The notes under the pieces were generated by a model. It saw only the letters and a program-made list of their open reading frames with translations. It was not told where the DNA came from and ran no database searches. The position numbers and the translations under genes were made by a program. From Mobula hypostoma (Eukaryota), in the NCBI RefSeq assembly GCF_963921235.1, contig NC_086118.1:29576001-29640000 (forward strand): 64,000 nucleotides of DNA. The letters run 5' to 3'. Below, one piece after another: positions 25,791 to 37,759 of this stretch; the first letter of the stretch is position 1; the number at the start of each line of letters is the position of its first letter.

Positions 25791-27309
25791 AGGAAATCAA
25801 TTGAAACTTAATTTTATAAAGATCTTGATACTGAACTAGAAAGATTTATCAATACCAATGTCCTTTAACTTTTATAGCACAGACTGGGAACTAGACACAC
25901 AAATATATATGAACTCCCAAGTTTGAACTACAGTATTTTCTCAAATATGTCATTTAATTTTTGAGTATTTAGTTTAATCCCTTCTTACATATGATCAAAT
26001 CAATTGAATAGTCACTTATGGTAATGTATTTGTTTTTCTGTGAAAACATTCCTTCCACCTTTCCATTTTATGCTTTGATTCATTCTAGATTTATTCCAAT
26101 GTGTTGAATGATTTAAAATCATTTCTATTGAGTTTGCATTTGCAGTAAGGTTGATTTTCTCAATGCTTTACATAGTGTGCTGATTCAAACTCATATCTGA
26201 ATTATGAAGTGATTTAATGTTACTATTCATTGAGAACATGTTGCTGTACTCTTTAGCAGATAGTTCTTGAAGGCCGGAATAGTGACGCAGTCCTGAAATT
26301 GAAAAGTGAATACCAACAGAACAGTACTGGTAAAACTGTAATGCTCCTGACATGTTATTGATTACTATTAAATATTAACAGTTATACCATTTTAATGATA
26401 AGTAAATATTGCATAGATAAAATGTTAAGTGCTCAAAAATAAAATAAACATCAGCACAAGAATTGAACATTTTACATAACTTAGGCCTTCCCATCTCTCT
26501 CAACCTTCCTGTAGCCTTTAATATATTTAAACGATCCTTCTCCGATATTTATTATTGTCCACTTGAGTTTACTATCATGCAGTGCTATTAATATTTATGT
26601 TGTGTAAAAAAGAATCAAGCCAAGATTATTCTTCCAATAATCCACCCATAATACTGAGTCTGCTAATGTTTGATGCTTAGCTATCTCTATATGCAACGTT
26701 TACCCTTTGCTTCATTATCCAAAACATACAAGTCCTTTTTATCGATTGGCTAATAACTCAAGTCCTTGTACATTAAGCCCAAAATTTGTTAATTACTTTG
26801 ATAACACTGTTTGAACCTAAAAATAACTGTTGTAATCTCAGATACTTTATTAAAAAAATAATTTATTTTATTAATAAAGAGTTGAGTGCAGGCACTGCTG
26901 CATTTTCATAGCAATTTTCACATAAAGAAGATTAGTCTATAGCAATATAATTATAAATTTAATGATTCAACAAATTAATCTTTCACTGACAAAATGTAAT
27001 TTTAGCTATCAAATTAAGAAGATGCAATGGATAATATACTTTAAATAGATTAAGATGTAAATTTATTGTACTCGGGCAAATGTGACCAAATTGAAGGGTC
27101 ATAATAATTTGCATTTGAATGAAAATCAGCCATGCAAGGTTGATCAAATGTAACACTAAAACTTAGCATTGCTCCACAATTGATAATGTTGCAAAGATAA
27201 CTAAACACAAAGCAAACTATTCACTTTCCTCATTTCAAAATTGTTTGTCACCAGCATCTCATCTCTACGATCTTAGTTCTATTTATCATATACATAGTTA
27301 ACCCAATCA

Positions 27310-28510
27310 TTCAAGATTCAAGATTGTTTAATGCCATTTCCAGTACACAAGTATAAAGGAGAACATAATTGTTACTCCAGATTCAATGCAGCATATTGAA
27401 AATCACAGTAAGATAAAGAACAATTTTAAAAATTCACAAATATAAATACATAAGATAGCTTATTTACATAGATAGTACGTCCATGAAGTAACGCTAGGTG
27501 TAAGAGTGTCTGTACATAAGGTGACTTGCAACAGGAAATGAAAAAGTAGTGATGGTAGAGTGGATTATTGAGTGAAAGTGTTCAACAGTTTCACTGCTTG
27601 AGGAATGTCACTGTCTTTGAGTCTGTCGGTACTGGCATGGATGCTACAGTATGTAGCCTCCTCCCTGATGAAGTGGGACAAACAGTCCATGAGCAGGCTG
27701 GATGGGATCCTTTATGATACTGTTGGCCTTTTCCTGGCACCTTTCTGTAGATATGTCCTTGATGGTGGATAAGCTGAGCCAGTTGATGTTTTGGGCAGTT
27801 TTGACAACTCTTTGTAGAGCCGTCATGCCCGTCACAGTGCAGTTTCTGTACCATGCAATGATGCAGCATGTTAGAATACTCTCTACTGTGCATCGGTAGG
27901 TCATGAGTATTGATGTGCATAATCCGTCTCTCTACAGCATCCTTAGGAATCAGAGGTGAAGGTGAGCTTTCCTGATTGTGTAGGATGTATTCTGGGACCA
28001 TGAGAGGTTGTGCGAGATGTGTGCTCCCAGGAGTCTGAAACCGCTGTTTCCACTGCTGTGCCACTGATGTAGAGGGGTGTGAGTGGTACAAGATCTCCTG
28101 AAGTCGATAACCATCTCCCTTGACTTGTTGACTTTGAGGAACAGGTTATTTGCCGGGCACCAGGCCTTGAGCTCTTCCATCTCCCCTCTGTAGGCTGTTT
28201 CAGTTTTGTGAGTGTCCAATGTGGCAGGAATGGAAGTTTTGATGTGTGCCATCACCAGCCATTCAAACCACTTCATGTTGACTGGTGTCAGTCATTTTGT
28301 TCTGAAGGTGTAGAGTTCTCTGGTACAGTGATGACGGTGGCTGGTTTGAAGCATGTGGGGACAGCAGCCTGGATGAGTTAAGTACTGAAGATGTCTGTGA
28401 AGACAGTGAGCTGGTGTGCACACTCCAAGTACTCGGCCTGGGATATTGTCTGGCCTGGCAGCGTTACAGGGGTTGACTCTCTGCAGAAACCTTCTACCGT
28501 CTGCTGCTGT
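27310..28510 (-). mobile_element. Rex1/Babar-type LINE RT remnant with 3' tail
   Basis: Minus ORFs MKWFEWLVMAHIKTSIPATLD, WCPANNLFLKVNKSREMVIDFRR, YRCTVESILTCCIIAWYRNC; (AATCTTG)n tail at ~27310. Confidence 0.82.
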
Positions 28511-29849
28511 CAAAGAAAGTGGTTGCTCATATTACTTTGAACAAAACAATTACTTCACTGAAATCAGAATCTTCCCCATCAAAAGTAGTACTTTGTTTTA
28601 CACAGTAATCATATCCAAAAGTTATTTTGGGATGCTGATAGGCATTATTTATTGCTATTATTTTTGTGTCAATTATATGTAAATATACAATTTCAACAGA
28701 ATAGCATAAAATATCGGTTATCTTTACCAACTCTTTACTAATACTGGCATTCTAATGAAGGGTTCTGCACCTCAATTGTTTCTCTTTCCAGATGCTCCCA
28801 GGGCTGTTGAGTGTTTCCAGCATTTTGTTATTTCAGACTGACTGGGTCTCCAGTTCCTTTTGAAGTTTCAATGATCATTTTTACATTTGGTTCAACTTGG
28901 CTTTCCCCATTGAAGGCAAGATTAAATTAAAATATCTAGATAGTTACTGAGGTTTTCAAATTTTTCTCACCCCTCCCTCATCTTCAGCTTTCTTTCTACT
29001 AGTAATACATCCGATAAATGATTCTGCCACAATTTCACCACCTTCAATATGATGCCAGCATCAAACACCACCTTCCCTTCGCTCCATTTTCAATATTCCG
29101 ATAGAACTGTTCCTTGCACCACATATTGACTCCAGTTTCAATCATTCGCATTTGCCTCTTCAACTCATGACACTTACCACTGTGAGCACAGAACACCCAT
29201 TCTCCACACTGGTGAGCTCTAATTTAACTGCACTTCCAGTTTAGTATGCTAGGATTTTAGAAATTTACAATATATCATTGACTTTCCTTTGGGGAACTAA
29301 ATATGGATTGGGAGATTGCTTTATGGAATATCTTCATTCTGTCATCACCAACCATATCTATTTTCACTGGCAAATAAACCTGCTTTTGATATTGTAGAGA
29401 AAAAGGAAACCACTCACACATTCCAATTCATGTCAAACAGGAAAGCATTTGTTTATCGGTCTTTTATCTTGGAGAGGCAGGGAAACTTGTCTGCCTTAAT
29501 GGCGCTATCTGTACATTCCCTCCAATTGGACAACGCAAAGAATTTTTTAATATACATTTAGAGACAAGGGAAATCATCTTCACCAAAATGCAGGCTTTTC
29601 GCCATCATTTCTTGACCAACATAAGAAGAGGCATCATCATTTATTTCTGACAACAGCCTTATAAGTTGATTACCATAAGCACACAAATCCCAGTCTTTGG
29701 TCAGAATCCAGTCCCATGCCTTGATGACCTTGGTGATGGTACTGGCAGTTCAACTACCACATTCCTCACAGGGGTCTTTTGGTATCTCTTTTCTCATATT
29801 CCAGATTAGGTACTTATAAGTCAAGTTGAAAATATATTTTTGCAACACA

Positions 29850-31456
29850 CCATTCTTTATTATATAATATGAAAACTAACCATTTACGTTATTATCCGTG
29901 TCTGAACTATTTATGATATTATCCATTTTCACCAGTTTTGCATCTGAAATTATGCACGTCTAGTTAAATTCAATTTTTGGATTGATGACAATGCTTCTTG
30001 TGACACAAAATGACAGACTCCAATTAACTTTAAAGAAATATAGCACCATCTGGTGTCCAATCCATTGTGAATATTCCCGAGAAAACAACTTTCCCTCCAT
30101 CTATTCAGACAGTAGGTAAGAATATTCATAGCAATCTTAAGCATCACATTATCCTTGCATTAAAGGAGCTTTAAACAAAGCAAGTATCTGCCAATTTACC
30201 AATCATGTTCATACAATTTTACAGTTTATTCTATTCCTGCTGTGCTTGTCTTTTACATGTCTGCCTTGTACACAAGTTGCCTAATAAGTAAATTAAAATG
30301 AAAATATTATGAATTTAAAGTAGTAAGCATTTGCAAAACAATGAAAAAACATCAAAACTATTTTTTGTCTGTAATGCCTTCAATTCATTTCAATACAAAA
30401 TGTTTAACTCTTTAACTTTTCAGAATGGGTGAACAGGCTATTTGTGTCAGTGCTCACTGCCCTAGAGTCCACAATCAGTGGCACAGGGGTGCAAAGATGC
30501 CTCCCTTTGCTAAGGCCCATATCATTAGGCAGAGCACTGGTATTGTAACAAGGATGGCAGATCTGCTCCACCGACCCACAAAGTAACTGCAAATACATGG
30601 TTAGAAATGTTTTGTTCTTTTATCTAAAATGTTAAGTTGTCCATTCATGAAACTTCAAAATTGCAGAAATACAAATGGAAATGAAGACCAGCACTAGCAT
30701 TTAAGTTTAGACATTTATTATTTAAAAAGAGACTGCTGAAGAATATGTGAATGATATATTACCAAACCAGTGGCAACATATATTGCTCCGTAAGGACCGA
30801 TATGTTATGTATAAGTTATAAGACAACAACAATGTTATCAGTGATTTTGTTTCAAGGGAGTACTCCAGGTTTCATGAACATATTAATAACTAAATTACAG
30901 AAACAGTTATTCAAACTCAAAAAACTGAAATGTTAGCTATAACTTCAGTAAGGTTTCAAATCTGAAAATCTGGCTCAAGTGTAAAAGACATTTTCTATCT
31001 CTGGCATGTGCTTGTAATAACTTTTTATTTATACAACTTTTCCTTTACGTGTCATTTAGAATAATACAAGATATTCATTTTCTGATGTTGTGCTTTTTTC
31101 CCCAAAACATTGTAATGACAGTCATAAGAATTAAGAAACAATTTACTATTTCCAGAGAAAATATTTAAAGTACAGTATTATCTTTAAAATGTATTGTTGT
31201 TAGAAACTGCAGTGCTGTAAGTATATACATCTTAATGGCATTTGTCTAAAAATTGCATTATTTTAAAAATTCATTGCAAGTTACAGATTCATAAAGATCA
31301 ATGAAGGAAGAAATGAAAAGTACAAAGAAAATGAATTGAGCTGATTTTACAGGTTGTACTGAAGATCTTTTTTGAGCTGCACCATTATTACAATCAGCTA
31401 TCACCAAAAACTGTCCTGTTTGGTACTTGGTTTTAAATTGTAGGCAATCTGAATCA
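29850..31456 (-). other. Probable SEC14L1 3' UTR (true end uncertain)
   Basis: AT-rich stretch after the stop codon with no repeat I recognise; minus-strand AATAAA at about 31024, 30714, 30225 and 29856. Confidence 0.5.
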
Positions 31457-31562
31457 CTACCTGGAGATCATAGAGCTGGAATGTGACTGGCTGGATGATG
31501 TTGTAGCAGCACTGAGCTGTGAGAAGCCACTGTGACTAGATTCAAGACTTGTCATGGATCCC
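31457..31562 (-). CDS. SEC14L1: SEC14L1 last coding exon including stop codon
   Basis: 106 bp coding; tag|G GGA TCC ATG ... TAG; GSMTSLESSHSGFSQLSAATTSSSQSHSSSMISR*, the characteristic SEC14L1 C-terminus. Confidence 0.96.
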
Positions 31563-32876
31563 CTAAAATATAAAAAAAAAATTGCGGATTTCAATGCAAA
31601 GCAAATATTCTTCACATCCATAAAATAACAGTTGTGTTTGTTCATTAGGAATCTCCTTCTTTGTTCCGCGTAACATTTTTGTACACAAAATGCTAGAATT
31701 TCACAGGCCTAAGATTCATCTGATTGTTGGTCTGAGACTGGCTGTTAAAAGCAGTTATCCACTTAGACCCAGTTTCCTCTTCCCAGCCTATATTTAAATA
31801 CTGATTCTCCTCTTTGGATAATTTCTTTCCATTTTCTTCCTTCAGCAAAAATCTTTAAGTTTGCATGTCCAAGTAATTGACAGACAACTATATAGGGCTC
31901 CTTTTTGTTAATAATTAACATTCTTTGTAATTTTGAACATCAAACTCTTTGATCTTCCTTTCAATATTAGTATATTAATATCTAAAATATACTAATTAAA
32001 AATAACAAACTGAGCTTGTAGATTTGTTCCCTCTTTTGTTTCGGTGGACAACACTCCACTGTGTACTGCATCAACTTGCATCTCTAATATACAAGAAAGT
32101 ACCAGCTTCATTTGGTTTAGCTAAACTACAACATAAGATAAGCCAGGTCCATATCACAGTGCATCAAATAAATGTAGCTAGTTTTATTTATTTTTGTCAA
32201 ATATCCCAGAGATGACATTGCCATTGTTCTCATCTTATTGTTAAAAAATCAATACTAAAGGAGGTAACTCTGACTACATCAGAAATTCAGGTATGTGTAC
32301 TAGTTATCTTACTGCACTAGTAATTCAGTGACCTGGAGTGGCAAATAAAAGTCTCATCACAACAACTAGGGAAGTTAAATTTGGTTTATGATATAAACAA
32401 AAATCTGTGATAGTGAAACTAAAAAGTTAGACAATGCTTACCCCATTAAACATCCATTTGGCTCAGAAACATCCTTCAGGGAAATAAATCTGCTTTTATT
32501 TTAAACTGGCCTGGCCATATGTAAATGTGTGAAAAGCACACCCAATCCATATAATCTTGCAAAGTCATTTTCAGGTCTGGAAATTCATCTCCAAATTGGG
32601 AGAAATGTCTCAGACAAGCCAAGCAATTTAATACTGTCATAACCACAGGTTTGCAGCTTTCATCTGTTTGCCCAGATTCTTCAGTAATTGTCCCTAGCTA
32701 TACCATGTTGCACATCAAAACAAGTGACAGTACAGTGATTTACAGATATGGTAGAGTGACTAAGTACCCTCAAGTGATCTCTGGATCTTATGAAGACTCA
32801 TGGTATCACATCAAACACAGACAAGAATATATGCTGCTGATAAATATTGATTTGAGTGTGATTACTACATAGTATC

Positions 32877-33055
32877 ACAAACAAGAGAAAATCTACAGAT
32901 GCTGTAAACCCAAAGCAACACACAGTAAATGCTGGAGGAACTCATTGGGCCAGACTGAAGGGTCTCGGCCCACAATACCAACTTTTTTCTCTCTTCCCTC
33001 TCTTCCACAGATGCTGCCTGGCATGCTGAGTTGCTCCAGCATTTAGTGTGTGTCA
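32877..33055. mobile_element. Head-to-head inverted pair of Penelope-type repeat tails
   Basis: Minus-oriented tail (32877-32945) faces a plus-oriented copy with GAAGGGTCTCGGCCC and GATGCTGCCTGG...CTCCAGCATTT. Confidence 0.7.
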
Positions 33056-33257
33056 CTACACAACATTCGCCCTCAGCTAACAAAGGCTGCTATGCTTAGT
33101 ACTACCATTAACTGACCTGTTTAAGTCCCGAAGGGCATACGTGATAGACTAGGTTTGTGGCAAACAGCAAGTGAATCAACACCTATTTGACTATATCCTT
33201 AAAAGCTGCCTATTGCAAATGAACCCTGTCCATGAAACTAAAAAGAACACTGCCTTA

Positions 33258-33650
33258 TAAGAACATAAGAAATAGTAGTAGAAGGCCATCTGGCCCGTTG
33301 AACCTGCTCCGCCATTCAATAAGTTCATGGCTGATCTGACCATGGACTCATCTCCACCTATCTGCCTTTTCCCCATAATATTTAATTCCACTACTATGCC
33401 AAAATCTATCCAACCGTGTCTTAAATATATTTACTGAGGTAGCCGCCGCTGCTTCATTGGGCAGAGAATTCCACAGATTCATCACCCTCTGGGAAAAGCA
33501 GTTCCTCCTCATACAAAGTCCCTTCTGCACACTGAGAACATCCTTCACTGTAACACTACCAGTGTCAAATGATTTGGTTTAGCAATAGAATGGGGTTGGG
33601 AAAATATCAGTCATGATTGAATGGTGGAGCAGACTCAATGGGCCAAAGGG
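33258..33650 (-). mobile_element. CR1 3' fragment(s)
   Basis: Minus ORF FSQRVMNLWNSLP...FKTRLDRF; (TTCTTATG)n tail. Confidence 0.8.
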
Positions 33651-34149
33651 CCTTCAGCAGCAGCAGAACTAAATTCCACCACTTTGTAACATTGTGCCGC
33701 AATTCAAGGCTTCTCCAGTGACACCTTTCACATCTGTGGTTTTCAACAATTAGAAGATTGAAGGCAGAAGAAACCAGGCCACCACTTGCAAGTTGTCCTT
33801 TAGATCATGCATACTTCTGACTTGTTGTTCCTCTTCATCTTCACTGGATCTTAATACTGAAATTCTAAGCTCACCATGAGTATAGTTTTGTCAAGGGGAT
33901 TGCAGTGGATCAAGAAAGCAACCTCACCTTCTCAAGTGTTTTTAAGGACAGGCAACAAAAGCTGCCAATGATGCCCTGATCTTGGTAGCAAATAATAAAC
34001 GCATGAATTTACAATCAAATAACTGGTGACCACTTCTAAAATGGTGTCAGACTATAATCTTTCTCCTCAGTGGAGTTTTGATAAAACTAAATGGTCTGCT
34101 TTACTATTTAAGAGCCAACCACATTTCTGTGTACGAGTCACAATAAGAA

Positions 34150-34470
34150 TGACAAATTGGTGCAGTAATTAGAACTGTTTCCTCTCAGCTCCAGTGACCC
34201 AAGTTCAATACTGACTTCTGATGTTGTGTGGAATTTATACATTTTCCTTATGACCTCGTGGATTCCTTCTCAATGCTCCAGTTTCATCCCACATCGAAAG
34301 GACATGTAGACCGCTAGTTAAACTGGTCATTGTTAACTAACATTTGTGTAGATGAGTGACGGAATTTGGGTAATGTTGATGGGAATGTGAGGAGAATTAC
34401 AAAAATAGGATCAGTGAAAATGGGTTTTTGATGGTTTGACAGGCACTCAGTGGGTTGAAGGGCCCACTTA
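34150..34470 (+). mobile_element. Degenerate tRNA-derived SINE
   Basis: B-box-like AGTTCAATACT, central GTGGATTCCTT...CCCACAT..AAAGGACAT, CR1-like tail GGGTTGAAGGGCC. Confidence 0.6.
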
Positions 34471-35196
34471 TGGTGAACGAATAATACCTGCCAAGCCAAA
34501 GTAAATGTGATGGATATCTTTTTCCCCCACCAAAAGTAATATTAGTGAACTAAAAGGGTTATTAAGGGAAATCAACCATTTCTCTTTCACCTTTAAAAAA
34601 AAAACATTTTTTTATTCACAAATGTTCTATTCAAATGAGTTTAAACTCCCCAGATTTGAACACGTTTCCAAATCATCAGTCCAGGCTTCTAGGGTGCTAG
34701 CCCTGCAACAAATAAGATTCTAATGTGCTGGCAAAGGAAGTTACATACAGACACCACAAATTACCATCAATATTAAATGTATGGCTAAATTTTGAAAGTT
34801 AATTCCAAACATTTCAGTGAAGTGGTATAATTACTAGTTTTTGAAACTCTTTATAATTAGGTTTATAATCCTTATAGAGACATGTTTTGTAGCAGAGGGA
34901 GATGGTGAGTGCTTAAAGTGTAGGCTCAAGTGTTGAAAATATAATCTGAAAACATTTCATCAAAAGGAAATTCACATGCAGTATATTGGTATATTTCAGT
35001 TTCAATGCTCATCTTCTACCCCCACCAGCCTCTGCATTTCATTGGCAGAAGCCCATGAATTAACCAGTTTGGTCAACATGAGGAACCAGCATATGGAGTG
35101 GAGAGACAATGACTGACAGAACTATAGGTTTTATTTGTACTTCTACTGATCATACACTGCATACATATGGCAATGAATTTATTGTACATCTCTTAC

Positions 35197-35375
35197 CTGA
35201 AATCATCTGATCCTATAACTTCAGTGTAATACATAACTTTACACTTATGGGATGAAACCTGTAACGTTGCCAGTACATCATCTACACGAGGTAGGTTAGT
35301 TGTAGCGCAAGAAGGCATGTTGTGAAACTTCCATTGAAGTATATAAAAACCAGGCCATCTTGTTACATGTGAACC
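35197..35375 (-). CDS. SEC14L1: SEC14L1 coding exon (GOLD domain)
   Basis: 179 bp; tag|GGT TCA ... TTC AG|gtaag; GSHVTRWPGFYILQWKFHNMPSCATTNLPRVDDVLATLQVSSHKCKVMYYTEVIGSDDFR. Confidence 0.96.
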
Positions 35376-35526
35376 CTATAAACAATAAGAATGAAAAATA
35401 ATTGAATAAATCTTTGTTTTACGGAAAATATACAAAGACTATTTAAACTACATATCATTACTAAGGATCTATGAATCTCACTATCTTGACTGAAGTCCGA
35501 AAACAAAACTAGGTTACGTAACTGAC

Positions 35527-35778
35527 CTGTACACTCTCTCCTTCCTTACATATAAGTGCTGACTCCACCATACTATAATCCATTCCCAGTTGCCATGACT
35601 TATCGATAAGTTGCACATTATTTCCTCCAGGGCATGTTATACCATGGGCCCCAAGAGTATCCTTTTTGGGTAGCTGGGGTGCTCGCTTTGAATGATAGAT
35701 GTTGAAGGCAATATCTCCTTTTAACACATCAAAATCCCAGGTTATCACAGAAGATGCGTCCACTATTTCAACTGATAT
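35527..35778 (-). CDS. SEC14L1: SEC14L1 coding exon (GOLD domain)
   Basis: 252 bp; cag|ATA TCA ... GTA CAG|gtcag; ISVEIVDASSVITWDFDVLKGDIAFNIYHSKRAPQ...ALICKEGESVQ. Confidence 0.96.
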
Positions 35779-36514
35779 CTGGAAAACAAAAATAATAAAT
35801 CAACATCCTATAGAAATGCTCAACATTTCCTTAACCACTATGTAACAAATTCAAGAGAATACAGATCTGGCCATTTTGAACATTGCCGAAGTGAACTTGG
35901 GGCCAGATTTAAAGTTTCGGCTGGATTGAAGAGGCGGGGCCCAGGCTTGAGAGCAGAAAATGAACTGATGTTTAGTCTATATAAGCACAATGCCAAATTA
36001 AAAAGATCAAGGCATAGAAGATGAGAGTGAAGGAAGAACCGGTGTTCAGTTCACTACTCCATGAGGCTTTACCCGCCTCAGTAGCCATTGAGCTCCTGGG
36101 CTGGCAGCAGTGCTGAAATGACTCTGTAGCTGTGGGCTCACTTTTGGGGACGCTGCCATTAATGTTCTGCGTGTTATTTGTTTACTCTATTTTTCAAAGT
36201 TCAAAGTAACTTCATTACATAAGTACATATGTCACTATGGAGATTCGCTTGCACGATTTGTTTCTTTCCTCTTGCCCTGCTCATTGTGTATCTGATTGCC
36301 TTTGTTGTGTGTGGTTTTTTAGTGGGTTCTATTGTGTTCCTTTATTTTGTGGCTGCCTACAAGACAAAGAAACTTAAGGTTGTATATGGTATATATACTT
36401 TGATAATAAGCGTACTTTGAACTTCATGTTTAGCATAAGCCATTCTTATCATTGCCACTTCAGCTCTGAAATCATGAATATAAATTTTTGAATTAGTTTA
36501 AGGAAAAACCTTAC

Positions 36515-36649
36515 CTCATGAGGTGATCCTTTGAAAATACTTGCTGATTGATAAATTGTTTCAGTCAAAAGCCTGATGTCATCATTGTCAAGCTCTTCTG
36601 GTGTTCTGTACATAGATTTGGGGATTAAACCTCCTTCCGGAACCTCACA
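36515..36649 (-). CDS. SEC14L1: SEC14L1 coding exon
   Basis: 135 bp; tag|TGT GAG ... CAT GAG|gtaag; CEVPEGGLIPKSMYRTPEELDNDDIRLLTETIYQSASIFKGSPHE. Confidence 0.95.
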
Positions 36650-37759
36650 CTACAGAAAATGCATTAAAACAGTGTTAGGTATGACATTTTTTGTACGTTT
36701 TTTCTTTATTTAGCTTGACTGTTCAAGGAGTACATTACAAGATTTGGGGAACCAAATGAACATTTAAATCCAACAATGCACTTTTCCAATATGATGTATT
36801 ACAGGCATATGGCAAAAATATTGCCAATGTCAGATGTCCCATGCATCAGAGTTCATTCTGTTTCCAATTAATACACAATTCCATAGGGAAATGGAGGGAA
36901 AACATCTGTTGTTTATAAGGAGCCCAGATGCTTCAGCAGAGTGTGCAATGCAAGTTGGCTACATACTTCGTTCAAATGAGTCGTAGTTTCTTTTTTTTAA
37001 ACGTTATAATCAAATATTTAAGAAGAAGCAACCAATTTCACTTTCCTTGGACCTGCCTTTCTCTTTAACTCCAACCCATTCCATTTCTAAATAATTCAAG
37101 AAATAAAGGATTATTTGGAGATAACTCCATAAAATAGCAGATGAGCTTATTATTACCAATTTTACATAATGTATTAAAAAAGTTCTTCTTGAAGTGAAAA
37201 TGATGGAGTTAATATTTTCATAAGGTTACAGTAGTACAAGAATGCCTGCACAAAACTACGTGGGGTGCGGAGGTGTGGGAGAAGAAATTGCTTAATCCTT
37301 CATACTCTCTGACCTACATAAACCCATGAAAAGCTAGTACAGGCCACCCTAACATTACGACTATTGACAAATTATTACCCGGAGATTTGACTTATGGAAT
37401 AAAATTCACTCTCACAGAACTTGTGTGAAAAAAGGAAATAAACTGGAAATAAACAATTCTTTTCAACTCGAGTTTCTTAACATATGCACAGATGATGCAA
37501 CTTTGCCTTTTGGAAAAATTTCAAGATAGACCATATTCTGGGAATGCAAACCTCCCCTGCATTGTGGGGGTCAACTGTACTTTCAAATTTCAACAAAACA
37601 TTGTTATTACTAAAACTGAAATCATAAATGGAATGTTGGGAATACTCAGCAGGCCAGAAAAAATTTGTGGATTTGAAACAGTTCTAACGCTTCAGGTTTA
37701 TTCTGTAGAGACTCCATTCCATTCTCCCAGTTCTCCATCTATATTGCTGTTTTTCCAAT

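Larger units (their letters stand above)
19250..25795 (+). mobile_element. Decayed endogenous retrovirus-like provirus (gag-pro-pol); no env or intact LTR seen; boundaries approximate
   Basis: CYSCG knuckle remnant (22655); MLVDTGA protease (22890); RT N-terminus FPRVWARHKQDCG, QYPI, PVRKSDGSCWLTKDYAALN; connection RPVAYYSTK; RNase H IFTNGS/SAQMAEL/VNIHTDSRYAF; integrase H..H..CIIC, GPWENIQISF, DHFTRWLEAFP, PQSSGMV. Confidence 0.88.

Noticed and set aside
25795..27300. env gene or 3' LTR of the ERV
   Set aside because: Sequence turns abruptly AT-rich after the integrase core with no env-like frame or LTR; the provirus appears 3'-truncated.
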